A stretch of 64,000 nucleotides of DNA from an uncultured delta proteobacterium (GCA_963840855.1 CAWJBB010000061.1:96001-160000); one strand, 5' to 3'. Counted from the stretch's first letter, positions 22,718 through 32,357 are shown. Notes: a model not told the origin generated them from the letters alone. A program made the numbers and translations.

Positions 22718-23704
22718 CTAAGCGGTCGTTGGCATATGAGTTTGGTCCGCCGGGAAGACTGGATTTTTTGGCCGCTTTCCTTCCAGCACGCGAATCACTT
22801 CTGCAGCCGCGCCCCATTCGCCGCGCTGAGCTGCTTCCAACGTCATCGCGCCCACGTGCGGCGTCCAAAGGACGTTGTCTAGTTTCAATAGCGGATGGCC
22901 CTTCGCCGGCGGCTCATCAGCCATAACATCCAAGGCCGCCCCAGCGATCTTTTTTTGCCGCAATACTTCAAGTAGTGCTTGCTCATCGGCAATGCCGCCC
23001 CGCGCAGCATTGAGGAGATACGCGGACGGCTTCAGCAGAGCCAGTTCCGCGGCGCCAATCATGCCCTTCGTTTCCCGATTGAGAGGACAATGGATCGTTA
23101 CAAAGTCGGATTGCGCCATCAATTCTCCCAGATCGACCCATCTACCGCCCAGCGCGGTGACATGGGATTCGGGAATATACGGGTCGTGTACCATGAATTC
23201 CATGTCGAAGGCCCGCGCTCGAATTGCGACCCGCGTCCCGATATTGCCCATGCCGACGATACCGAGGGTCTTGCCGGCCAACTCGGTGCCGGTAAATTTG
23301 AGATATTCACTCCAGCGGTTTTCTTTCACCGCGCGATTGGCTTCGTGGGTGTGGCGCGCCAGGGCGATTATCTGTCCGAAAACCAACTCCGCCACCGAGA
23401 CGGAGTTGCTGCCCGGCTGATTGGTCACCCAGATTTTCAGTTCCTGCGCGGCGTCGAGATCGACGCGCGACGGATCGACGCCAACACCGGTGCGGGCGAT
23501 GATCTTGAGCCTTCCACCGGCCGTTTCCATGTGTTTTCTGGTAATCTTACCTTTGCGGCTGATCACCGCATCGACGCGGCGCGCTTCGATCTCCCAGCGT
23601 TCCGGTTCCACCCAGGGATTGACGACCACCAGTTCCACCCGTTCGCCCAGCCATTTGAGGACTTCAGGCTGAAACTCTTCGACAAGAACTCGCCCCAATG
23701 ACAT
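22718..23704 (-). CDS. D-isomer-specific 2-hydroxyacid dehydrogenase (SerA-like, no ACT domain)
   Basis: ARTGVG, GIVGMGNIG, NAARGG, AALDV, TPHVG. Confidence 0.88.
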   Translation of the reverse strand: MSLGRVLVEEFQPEVLKWLGERVELVVVNPWVEPERWEIEARRVDAVISRKGKITRKHMETAGGRLKIIARTGVGVDPSRVDLDAAQELKIWVTNQPGSNSVSVAELVFGQIIALARHTHEANRAVKENRWSEYLKFTGTELAGKTLGIVGMGNIGTRVAIRARAFDMEFMVHDPYIPESHVTALGGRWVDLGELMAQSDFVTIHCPLNRETKGMIGAAELALLKPSAYLLNAARGGIADEQALLEVLRQKKIAGAALDVMADEPPAKGHPLLKLDNVLWTPHVGAMTLEAAQRGEWGAAAEVIRVLEGKRPKNPVFPADQTHMPTTA

Positions 23705-23923
23705 ATCGGTAACTCCCTTCATCGAGTCGCGGTCTCGGCTTTTCACCGCCGCGCATCACTCCAGAAAGAATCCGGCGAATAAATTTGGCAAAGCGACTTA
23801 TGAAATAGACGGGTAAGCGAGTGGTCTACCCGGTTCACGCATGGCTTCGAAGATGCCGTGAAAAACGACAACGCCCGCACCAAAGTGAAGGCCTTGTCGT
23901 TCTTATCGGTTTGACCGCGAAGA

Positions 23924-25019
23924 TTAAACTTCTTTTGACTTGATCGTGTACTTGAAGTTGCCCGGATCCAGACTGTCGCGCCTGCCGTTCGCGGTCTCTA
24001 ACTGGGGATACATGAGGAAACCGACCTCCGGTCCATTGGAGTTCGGCAGTTTCACATCATGTGAGTAATTGTACGGTAGCCAGTTCATCTCCCACGCGCC
24101 GAATAGTTTCGCCCGCGCCCTTTGTACTTTAGCATCGTCGAGGGGCAGGGGGTCGCCCGGCAGATTCTCTTCCAAAACAACCTTGCGCACGTCGGCCGGG
24201 TCCACGGGCACCCAACCGTAACCGTTTAGATAAACATCGGCCCGGCAGTGCTGCGCTCCGGTGATGTCGTCGGCTCTGCCCAGGCTCTTGAATTCACTTG
24301 AGTTGGCCACCCTAATACCGTAAACATCCCGCGCCGGCAGCGCCGCGGCGCGCGCCAAGCCGACGAATAATGCATTGAGGTCGGCGCACTTTCCGCCGAG
24401 ATATCCGGTGCGAAGCATCGTCGAGATGTCGCCGATCCCACAGCCTTTGACTTTTGGGTCTCGGAAAGTATTATCGACGATCCAATCGTATATGGCTTTC
24501 GCTCTGTCGACATCGCTCTTGCGGTTAGCCGTAATCCCGCGCGCGGTGGTGGCAACGATGCCATCGGTTCTGATGAGCTTTGACGGCTGGCGAAAATAAT
24601 GCAGCACGGCTTTATCTTCGCGCACCGACGAGTCCGGCTTTTTCGATACGTCTACACTTCGGTCCTTGGTCATAAACCGGCTAGTGACTTCCATCATCGG
24701 CGCCTTTTCTCCGGCCGCCCACTCGGCGAAAACTAACCCAGTGCCGACCTTATCGGTCTGAATTGTTTGCACCGCTTTAAAATTACCGTTCCACTTGTCG
24801 CCCTGCCGTTTGAAATAGTCGGTCTCTTTCATCAAGGGTATGGGAACCCACGCGCGCACCGCCCCCACCGGCTCCTTGACTTCGATGGTAGTCGTCACCT
24901 CAAAGGTCCGCCATTTCGCTTCATCGGCGGCAGCCATAGCGACAAACTTCGGAAAGCCGCCCAGCTGCCAATCCGGCCGAAACAGTCAGCCCTTGCCTTA
25001 AAAACTCTCGACGATCCAT
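23924..25019 (-). CDS. Tat-exported transglutaminase-like protein (indel near 24960)
   Basis: MDRREFLRQG Tat signal at 25019; GGKCADLN, AQHCRA and WVPVDPAD catalytic motifs. Confidence 0.85.
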
Positions 25020-25145
25020 AGCTCCTCCCTTTTTACCAGATAGGATATTACGATGGACGGATCATACCGCTTGGACATCCATTGTCAATTCAGAAAACGA
25101 ACTAAAAACGGGACCCCATAACGGTCTGAACCCATAACGATTGCC

Positions 25146-25610
25146 CTAGTTTTTGGCGAGGAAAGCGAGCACTTCTTCGGGATGCTCCTCGGCCTTTTTG
25201 ACGGCCGGCCAATGCTTTATCACGTCGCCCTTCGGCCCAATGACTACCGTGGAGCGGATCGTCCCTTGAACTTCCTTGCCGTACATCATTTTCTTGCCAA
25301 ACGCGCCGTATTTTTTCATCACTTCGGCATCCGGATCGGACAGAAGCACATAGGGTAGCTCGTACTTTTCGGCGAACTTGTCATGGGTGGGGATGCTATC
25401 CTTGCTAACGCCTAAAACCACAACACCCTTCTTTTTGAATGACGGGTTCAAATCACGGAACCCGCAAGCCTCCTTCGTTCAACCCGGCGTGCTGTCTTTA
25501 GGGTAAAAAAACATCACGACGGTTTTGCCCTTGTAGGCATCCAGCGAGTGTTTCTTGCCGTCGTTGCCTTCGAGGCTGAACACCGGTGCCTTCTTGCCTT
25601 CAAGATTCAT
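25146..25610 (-). CDS. bcp: Selenocysteine-containing Bcp/PrxQ peroxiredoxin (U44)
   Basis: MNLEGKKAP...[22 protein letters not shown]; in-frame TGA at 25479-25481 at the peroxidatic Cys position; hairpin GCGGGTTC-CGTGATTT-GAACCCGT 13 nt downstream. Confidence 0.9.
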
Positions 25611-25679
25611 ATCGAGAAATCCTCCTGATGGATGAATTGAATCACGCTCTGTCTGCCATAGCCGAAGTCCTTTGGCAAA

Positions 25680-26488
25680 TTATGCGGGTTGCAATGCAAC
25701 AGCGGCAGCCGCCTGCGCCATCCTGCGAATTGGGTCGTAATCACGGTCGTCCGAGGCGACGAAGCGAGCGATTCGCCCTTCGTTCAAGGTCACGATGCCG
25801 AACGGATCACGGTGCATGTCGAGTAATAGAGCGCGAATCATGCCTCGTCGATGGGCGGGAACCGACTTGGAAATTACCCAGGGCGGGATGGGGCTGGGTC
25901 CCAAGGTCTCGATCACCCGGAGTTGCTCCGATATCTCCGGGCTGCTCCTGTGCGGCCCATTCCAAAACAGTGCTGTCGATGGCGGCGCAGTCGACCCGGC
26001 GGTCCAAAATCATCCGCAGGGAATTCACATGGGCGCCCGACTCCACCGCCCTAGCGAAAAAGCCAGCGTACGCGCCTAGACCCGCTAGATGAGCTCGAAC
26101 GACATTGTAACCGGAATGAGATCTTGGTTCGTTGAAAGCCCAAACCCGTCCGCGGAGATCGGAAAAACATCGATAGGGGCTTTGTCGATGTACGACGAGA
26201 TCGGAAAAATACACCGGGCGGTTCTCATACCGGCGTCCAACGGGAACCGGCACGGCCAATAGTTCCACTTGAGTGCGAAACAGTTCGAGCTTTGTGAACG
26301 TACGGTAAACCGCAGAGCCAGAGCACCTGAATCTCGCCGGCATCGAACATCCTCTCGCGTTCCTGCCAGGGAATGCCGCCGACATACTCGGTATCTATGC
26401 CGATTTTATTTTGAATGTAGCGCGCCAGGGCCCGGCAGAACGGCTCGGTGTTCTCGGCCATACAGGAAGCGATTTTCAGGAGCTTCAT
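25680..26488 (-). CDS. PhnD/SsuA-type substrate-binding-fold protein without signal peptide (two indels)
   Basis: WLCGLPYV, PVYFSDLVV, NEPRSHSGY, SGAH, AAIDSTV, LGPSPIPP, YDPIR across ORFs 26225-26512, 25807-26385 and 25680-25916. Confidence 0.8.
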
Positions 26489-26498
26489 TACGCGGTCT

Positions 26499-26780
26499 TC
26501 AACCCGCGACATTCACGCCGCGCCAGAAAGCGACGTAGTTCTTGATTGATTTTGCGGCCTCCTTGGGTTCGGGATAGAACCAGGCGGCATCTTGATTCGC
26601 CTGATCCCCCACATGAATGTGATAGTAGCTGGCGATCCCTTTCCAGGGGCAAGTCGTATGCTTGTCGCTCGAACGGAAGTATTCACGCTTGATTGAATCA
26701 GGCGGGAAGTAGTGATTTCCCTCAATCACGACCGTTTGGTCGGACTCGGCCAAAACCACATTTTCCCAGGTCGCTTTCAT
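26499..26780 (-). CDS. DUF427 family protein
   Basis: EGNHYFPP, TTCPWKGIASYY, AAWFYPEP, YVAFW. Confidence 0.92.
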   Translation of the reverse strand: MKATWENVVLAESDQTVVIEGNHYFPPDSIKREYFRSSDKHTTCPWKGIASYYHIHVGDQANQDAAWFYPEPKEAAKSIKNYVAFWRGVNVAG

Positions 26781-26792
26781 TGGGCACCTCCA

Positions 26793-28154
26793 TCAAAAAT
26801 CGGATACACAGCGGAATTTGGCGAATACATACGGATAGTGGGCCTGGTACCAATTGCGAAAACTGGGGCGCACGAGATCCCTCGCCGTGGCCCAAGAGGC
26901 CCCTTTTAAAACAAAATGTTTGCCGTCGAAGAAATCCGCCGAATAGTCCGGATAGCTGCGGATATAGGGGCTGAACTCCGGCAACGGAGCAAATGGTGTA
27001 TCTGTGAGTTCCCAACCATTGCCCACTAGCTCGGCAACACCCCATCGGCTCCTTCCTTCCGGTAGTGAGCCCACCGGCACCGGCGACCAGGCGACAAAAT
27101 CAAAATTGCCATGCTCCTGCTCTGGCCAGCCATTGCCCCAAGGATACGGCGTTTCCCTTTCGTCCGGCCCGTAGAAGGCCGCCCGGTGATACTCAGCTTC
27201 CGTCGGCAGCCGTTTGCCGCGCCAGCGCGCATACGCGCGCGCCTCCGCTAGACTTACATAAACAGGCCAGCTCGCTACTCGCGACAAAGGCAACTCGTCG
27301 AACATGGCGCGGTAAAACCAGCCCTCTTCCCGCTCGCTCCAGCAGGTCGGATAATGTTTCTCTTCGCGTGTCTTCCAGCGATAGTCCTCGGCGCGCCAGT
27401 AACATTCGCTATCGTAAGCTCCCGATACGACGAATTCGAAGAACTCGCCGTTCGTCACCGGCAGCGTTTCGATGCGAAACGACGGCACATCGACAACCAG
27501 TTCACCGAATTCATTGTCCCAACCAAAGGGAATATCGTCAAATCTCGCGCCGAGGCGAGCTTTGCCCGCGGGGATTGGGACCGGCCGGGAATGAGACGCG
27601 GGGTGAAAGGAGTATGGAGCCATTTTTGTCGGCGGCTGTTTTTTATCGTAGGGCATCCGCTGCAACATGTACAACAGAGTTTCTTGGTGCATGTACTCGT
27701 GCTCGAGTATCATTTGAAAAATCCGCCCGCCCCGCGCCATAACCTGAGTCATTCCGCGCTCAGAGATCGCTTCGACTGACTGCAAAATAGCGCCCCGCGC
27801 TTCGTCCCGGTAATCCAGGGTAGCCGCCAGACTCGGCCATTCATCAGGCACATCGGGATGCCAATGGCACTCCCCCGTATCGACATCCGGATCGATGCCG
27901 CGGCAAAACAGATCGTCGAAGTATGGATTACACGACCGCCAGTTTAGTAGAGCGCCGCACACTTGATTCCAGGCGAAGGCGGGAAGATGGCCGACATAGA
28001 AAATAAACGGATGGCGCCAGACGATCGGTCGAGCCAAAATATCCTGCGCCGAAACGATGGCGAAAATTTCATCCGTTCGTGCCCACGCCGCGACAAATTG
28101 TTCGCGAATCAGCTCGGCGTTTTTCTGATCTCTCCGTTGTAACGACAGTGCCAT
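26793..28154 (-). CDS. Non-heme iron sulfoxide synthase (EgtB/OvoA superfamily, fungal Egt1-like; DinB_2 + FGE-sulfatase domains)
   Basis: RHPFIFYVGHLPAF, RGIDPDVD...CHWHPDVPDEWP, HEYMHQETLLYM, RLPTEAE, GNGWE, YSADFFDGKH, SFRNWYQ. Confidence 0.88.
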   Translation of the reverse strand: MALSLQRRDQKNAELIREQFVAAWARTDEIFAIVSAQDILARPIVWRHPFIFYVGHLPAFAWNQVCGALLNWRSCNPYFDDLFCRGIDPDVDTGECHWHPDVPDEWPSLAATLDYRDEARGAILQSVEAISERGMTQVMARGGRIFQMILEHEYMHQETLLYMLQRMPYDKKQPPTKMAPYSFHPASHSRPVPIPAGKARLGARFDDIPFGWDNEFGELVVDVPSFRIETLPVTNGEFFEFVVSGAYDSECYWRAEDYRWKTREEKHYPTCWSEREEGWFYRAMFDELPLSRVASWPVYVSLAEARAYARWRGKRLPTEAEYHRAAFYGPDERETPYPWGNGWPEQEHGNFDFVAWSPVPVGSLPEGRSRWGVAELVGNGWELTDTPFAPLPEFSPYIRSYPDYSADFFDGKHFVLKGASWATARDLVRPSFRNWYQAHYPYVFAKFRCVSDF

Positions 28155-28165
28155 TGGGTATCCTC

Positions 28166-28209
28166 ATAGTTGATTTCTATTTTCTATATACTAAATAGCC
28201 TGTTCCTAT
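28166..28209. promoter_or_regulatory. Two LysR-type boxes ATAG-N7-CTAT
   Basis: ATAGTTGATTTCTAT (28166-28180) and ATAGCCTGTTCCTAT (28195-28209), directly upstream of the sulfoxide synthase start. Confidence 0.7.
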
Positions 28210-28367
28210 GAAAGAGAGTTCAGAAAAATTTTCTCGCTCCAGTAGCAACAATAAACGAACCCCTTCGCGGGCGGGGTTTTAACCCCGGCCTTGACCAAAG
28301 GGGATGCTCGCCCCCTTTGGAAACCCCATAAGATTGTTCCCGCCTCAAGCGGCGGGGTTTAATGGAA

Positions 28368-29276
28368 TTATTCCTTGAGAAAGTCGCGAAAGGCCCGGGC
28401 AATGGGGTGCAGCGGGCGGCGCTTGTGAAACACCGCATAAAAGCCGCGCTTCATGGTCAATCCACGGATCGGCACTTCGACTATAGTCCCCTCTTTCACT
28501 TCGTGGCGGATCGAGATGCGCGACAAGATGGAGAACCCGAATCCCGCCATCAAGGCTTCTTTCACCGCCTCGGTGCTGCCGAGTTCCATGGTGATGTTCA
28601 ATAGATCGTCCGCGGGATGCCGGCGTTCCGCCAGGAGCTGTCGGATGGTATCCAGCGTGCCCGACCCGTGCTCTCGTGAGATGAACTTTTCGGCGCGCAG
28701 ATCTCCAAGCGGCACTCCTTTGCGCCGGCTCCAGGGATGTCCTTTCGGGACCGCCAGAACCATTTCGTCATCCCAAATTTTCTCAAAAGAAAGCCTGCTG
28801 TCGCCGCCTTTGAAGCCGACAAACCCGATCTCGACCTTGCCGTCCAGCAGCTCCTCAACGATACTGGCGGAATCGCCGATTCGCAGTATCGGCTTGACGG
28901 CAGGATACTTTTTTGTGAATGCGCCGAGTTTCGGCGGCAGTAAATACTCGCCGGGGATGCTGCTGCCGCCGACCCATAGCTCGCCGCTGAGAGTGCCGTG
29001 GAACTGTTCGACGGCGGCCACAGTCTCCCGCTTGAATACGAGGAGATCTTTTGCCCTTTCGGCGAGCATCTGTCCCAATGGCGTGAAACTGACCTTTCCT
29101 GAAATACGATAAAATAGTTTGCCGCCGACGGCTCTCTCCAATTCCTGAACATGCGCGCTTATGGTGGGTTGGCGTAAGGAGAGCAGCTCCGCCGCCTGCG
29201 AAAAACTCTTGAGTTCGGCGACCCAGTAAAAAATTTCCAGCTTGTAGAGATCTAAATCGGCCTTGGTTTTAGCCAT
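28368..29276 (-). CDS. LysR family regulator, CysL-like/selenium-metabolism-associated type
   Basis: SFSQAAELLSLRQPTISAHV HTH; GGSSIPGEYLLP, REHGSGT, ELGSTEAVK. Confidence 0.88.
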   Translation of the reverse strand: MAKTKADLDLYKLEIFYWVAELKSFSQAAELLSLRQPTISAHVQELERAVGGKLFYRISGKVSFTPLGQMLAERAKDLLVFKRETVAAVEQFHGTLSGELWVGGSSIPGEYLLPPKLGAFTKKYPAVKPILRIGDSASIVEELLDGKVEIGFVGFKGGDSRLSFEKIWDDEMVLAVPKGHPWSRRKGVPLGDLRAEKFISREHGSGTLDTIRQLLAERRHPADDLLNITMELGSTEAVKEALMAGFGFSILSRISIRHEVKEGTIVEVPIRGLTMKRGFYAVFHKRRPLHPIARAFRDFLKE

Positions 29277-29310
29277 AGGCGCTTGCGGAGTTTCGCGTGA
29301 CGCGTTTTCG

Positions 29311-29340
29311 AGTAGGGGACGGTCGCGACCGTCCCCTACT
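29311..29340. repeat. Perfect 30-bp REP palindrome
   Basis: AGTAGGGGACGGTCG|CGACCGTCCCCTACT. Confidence 0.75.
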
Positions 29341-29410
29341 GGTTTAGCGGGTATCCTGATCAGGAGAGAAACGGGGGCACGCGAGAATTGTCTCGGTGCC
29401 CCCCGTAGAT

Positions 29411-29878
29411 TTACTTCTTCAGGAACTCTAGCACTTCCGCGGGATGTGCCTCCGGGTTTGTAACCGGAATCCAGTGTTTCTTGATCGTTCCGTCAGGTCC
29501 GATCAGCGCCGTGGAGCGAATCGGTCCCTCGACGGTCTCCCCTTGCGCGTTTTGCCGTGGGCCCCAGGCGCCATACGTCTTCATCACGCCGACTTGTGGG
29601 TCGGATAGTAAGACGAATGGCAAATTGAATTTGGCGACAAACTGATTGTGGGAATCGATACTGTCTCTGCTAACACCGACGACTACGGTATTGACTTGCG
29701 TTACGGTTTCGATAGCGTCGCGGAACCCGCACGCTTCTTTGGTTCAGCCAGGGGTATCGTCCTTAGGATAGAACCAAAGCACTACGTTTTTCCCGGCGTA
29801 GTCGGCCAACGAATGTTTCTTTCCGTCGCTACCCTCCAGGGTAAACGCCGGAGCCTTCTGTCCTTCAAGACCTGCCAT
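29411..29878 (-). CDS. bcp: Second selenocysteine-containing Bcp/PrxQ peroxiredoxin (U45)
   Basis: [10 protein letters not shown]...[22 protein letters not shown]; in-frame TGA at 29744-29746; downstream stem GCGTGCGGGTTC...GAAACCGTAACGC. Confidence 0.9.
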
Positions 29879-30000
29879 CGTGCACCTCCGTTTTGATATT
29901 GTGACTATCTGTTTACCACACCCCGAAAGTATCTATCAAACAACAAAAGCCGTTATTTGTAATTGTCAACGGCCTCCTTTGAGGCTATATTTTGTCGCAA

Positions 30001-31092
30001 ATGGCCAAACAATCTTCTTTGTTCGAGTTTCACAAACTTAAAGGCGCGGTTTTCGCCGAACAGGACGGTTGGCTCTTGCCGATTCATTTCGGTAATCCTG
30101 CCGCGGAATACGACGCGGTGCGCGGAGCGGCGGGGTTGATCGACCTCTCCCACCGGGGCCTGTTACAGGTCACCGGCCCCGACCGTGTCGCCTTCCTCCA
30201 GGGAATGCTTTCCAACGATCTCCTGGCTCTCAAACCCTTCGCAGGCCAGTTCGCGACGATCCTCAGTCAACAAGGCAAAGTATTGGCTGACGTTCGGGTT
30301 CTTTGCGCCATGAACTCTTTGTACCTGGATTTTTCGGAGTCGTTGAAGGACAAGATTATCGCGCATCTGAACCGCTATCTGGTCGCAGATGAAGTCGAAA
30401 TCGCCGACCGCTCCGAAGAATATGCGACCCTTTCACTGCAAGGGCCCCATGCTGAAACACTCTTGCTGGCACTTGCCGGACAAGTTGATTTGCCTAAGCA
30501 GATCGCGCATCACGGCATCATCAATGCCGGCGGCGCCGCGATTTGCGTGGTCCGGGCGAGTCACACCGGTGAGTCAGGATTCGATCTCGTCATTCCGAGA
30601 GCGGAGCTGGTCAAGGTTGCGCAACGGCTGACTGATATCGGCCAGCAGTTCAGCGCGGCGTGGATCGGTCAGGAAGCGCTGGAAACACTCCGCATCGAAG
30701 CCGGCATTCCACGTTATGGGGTCGACTTCACCGAGGACAATTTGCTCCTTGAGACCGGGCTCGATACCCATGTGAGTTTTACCAAAGGCTGCTATTTGGG
30801 CCAAGAAATCGTCGAACGCGTGCGTTCGCGCGGGCATGTAAACAGAAAACTATGCGGCCTGCTGATTGGCGGCGCAACCCCCGCTCGCCACGGTGATGCC
30901 ATTCGGACGGATGATAAACAAGTTGGGGCGATTACCAGTTCGGTCTACTCTCCGAGACTAAAGCAAGCCGTAGCTCTAGGCTATGTTCATCGCGATAACT
31001 GGGAGCCTGGAACCCATCTGGCCATCGACCGTGACAGTGCTTCACTAAGCGCACTGGTTACCGAGCTGCCATTCGTAAAAACGGGGCCTTGA
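30001..31092 (+). CDS. Folate-binding aminomethyltransferase family protein (YgfZ/GcvT-like)
   Basis: DLSHRG, LRIEAGIP, SFTKGCYLGQE YgfZ signature. Confidence 0.9.
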   Translation: MAKQSSLFEFHKLKGAVFAEQDGWLLPIHFGNPAAEYDAVRGAAGLIDLSHRGLLQVTGPDRVAFLQGMLSNDLLALKPFAGQFATILSQQGKVLADVRVLCAMNSLYLDFSESLKDKIIAHLNRYLVADEVEIADRSEEYATLSLQGPHAETLLLALAGQVDLPKQIAHHGIINAGGAAICVVRASHTGESGFDLVIPRAELVKVAQRLTDIGQQFSAAWIGQEALETLRIEAGIPRYGVDFTEDNLLLETGLDTHVSFTKGCYLGQEIVERVRSRGHVNRKLCGLLIGGATPARHGDAIRTDDKQVGAITSSVYSPRLKQAVALGYVHRDNWEPGTHLAIDRDSASLSALVTELPFVKTGP

Positions 31093-31153
31093 ACGCCCGC
31101 CTTATTTACGTATATTAGGGCGAGCATCTTGATTTCGAGGAGAATACCGATAC

Positions 31154-31456
31154 ATGGCCTTTACCAAGATTTGCAAAATCAGCGACGTGAAAGCCGGCTG
31201 CGGCAGGGGTGTTGAAATCAATGGGAAAAATGTCGCGGTTTTTAACCTGGATGGGAATTATTACGCGATTAACGATATTTGCGGCCATCGGGGCGGCCCG
31301 CTCTCCGAGGGGGAAGTCGACGGCACGACGGTAATCTGCCCGTGGCACGGGTGGCGCTACAACGTCACCAACGGAGACAACGAATTGATTCCCGCCCTGC
31401 CAACCGAAAAGTACGAATTGAAGATTGAAGACGACGATATCCTCGTCGACATCTGA
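31154..31456 (+). CDS. Rieske [2Fe-2S] ferredoxin
   Basis: CGH...CPWH. Confidence 0.92.
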   Translation: MAFTKICKISDVKAGCGRGVEINGKNVAVFNLDGNYYAINDICGHRGGPLSEGEVDGTTVICPWHGWRYNVTNGDNELIPALPTEKYELKIEDDDILVDI

Positions 31457-31563
31457 CGATTCAATCACCCAAGACTACACATCATATCGCGGCAAGACGC
31501 AAAGTGACTCGCCTTGTCATTTCGACCGAAGGGAGAAATCTTTCTTAGATCCCTCGCATTTGC

Positions 31564-31695
31564 CAGACTGTGCGAAAACTGCGTTCATGGTTCGACGGGG
31601 CTCACCACGAACGGATGTCAGACATTACAAATCAAATATTTAGCCGTTCGCCCTGAGCGTCGTCGAAGGGCTCCTAAGAGTTTTCACACAGTCTG
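31564..31695. mobile_element. MITE-like element with 17-bp terminal inverted repeats
   Basis: CAGACTGTGCGAAAACT / AGTTTTCACACAGTCTG (1 mismatch) plus internal inverted repeat TTCGAC..CTCA..CGAACGG / CCGTTCG..TGAG..GTCGAA; non-coding. Confidence 0.7.
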
Positions 31696-31752
31696 ACGTT
31701 GCAGCGAGGCGATTGAGCGCAACGAAGCATATGGGTCTTTTTCAGCAGCCTG

Positions 31753-32298
31753 CTAGCTTTTGAAATGAAGCCCTAGGTAATCCCGTAACGCGTCCCGCGT
31801 GCTGTCGAAGGCGAGTTCATCCCACGGAATCTCATTCGGTTTGAAAACCCTGGCATCCACCGATTCGTCCGCGGCGGCCAGCGTGCCGCTGACCACCTCG
31901 GCCGTGTAAACTACGATTACATTGGGCGAGCGCGGATAAGAATAAACGTTAAGCAACGGCCCAAGTTTCACGTCTAAGTTCGATTCTTCTTTAGTTTCTC
32001 TGATCGCCGCGTCATACACGGCCTCGCCGCGATCGACGTAGCCGCCGGGAAATACCCATTTGCCCAGCGCCGGCTCAACGCCCCGTTTGAGCAGCACGAT
32101 ACCGCCATCCAGAGTGAAAATGGTTCCCGCCACCACCTTGGGATCCTGATAGAAAATAAACGAACAGACTTGGCAGACTAGGCGTTTCGGCTCGTTGGCC
32201 TTCACGACCCGTTTATCGAGCGCGCCGCCGCAGCGCGGGCAATAGCGGAACTCCACATGGCCATGGGCATGGTGGGCGTGGTGGTGATCGACTGCCAT
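31753..32298 (-). CDS. NUDIX hydrolase with N-terminal zinc ribbon
   Basis: YCPRCG...CQVC; PGGYVDRGEAVYDAAIRETKEESNL Nudix box. Confidence 0.92.
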   Translation of the reverse strand: MAVDHHHAHHAHGHVEFRYCPRCGGALDKRVVKANEPKRLVCQVCSFIFYQDPKVVAGTIFTLDGGIVLLKRGVEPALGKWVFPGGYVDRGEAVYDAAIRETKEESNLDVKLGPLLNVYSYPRSPNVIVVYTAEVVSGTLAAADESVDARVFKPNEIPWDELAFDSTRDALRDYLGLHFKS

Positions 32299-32357
32299 AC
32301 TATAATTCTTAACGTAGATTGCGTTGAAACGAAAGAACTTTTCTGCAATCGTTACTC

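Noticed and set aside
26793-28154. Calling the enzyme SenA, OvsA or OvoA
   Set aside because: No senB or selD nearby, no C-terminal methyltransferase domain, and the motifs fit the Egt1 type better.
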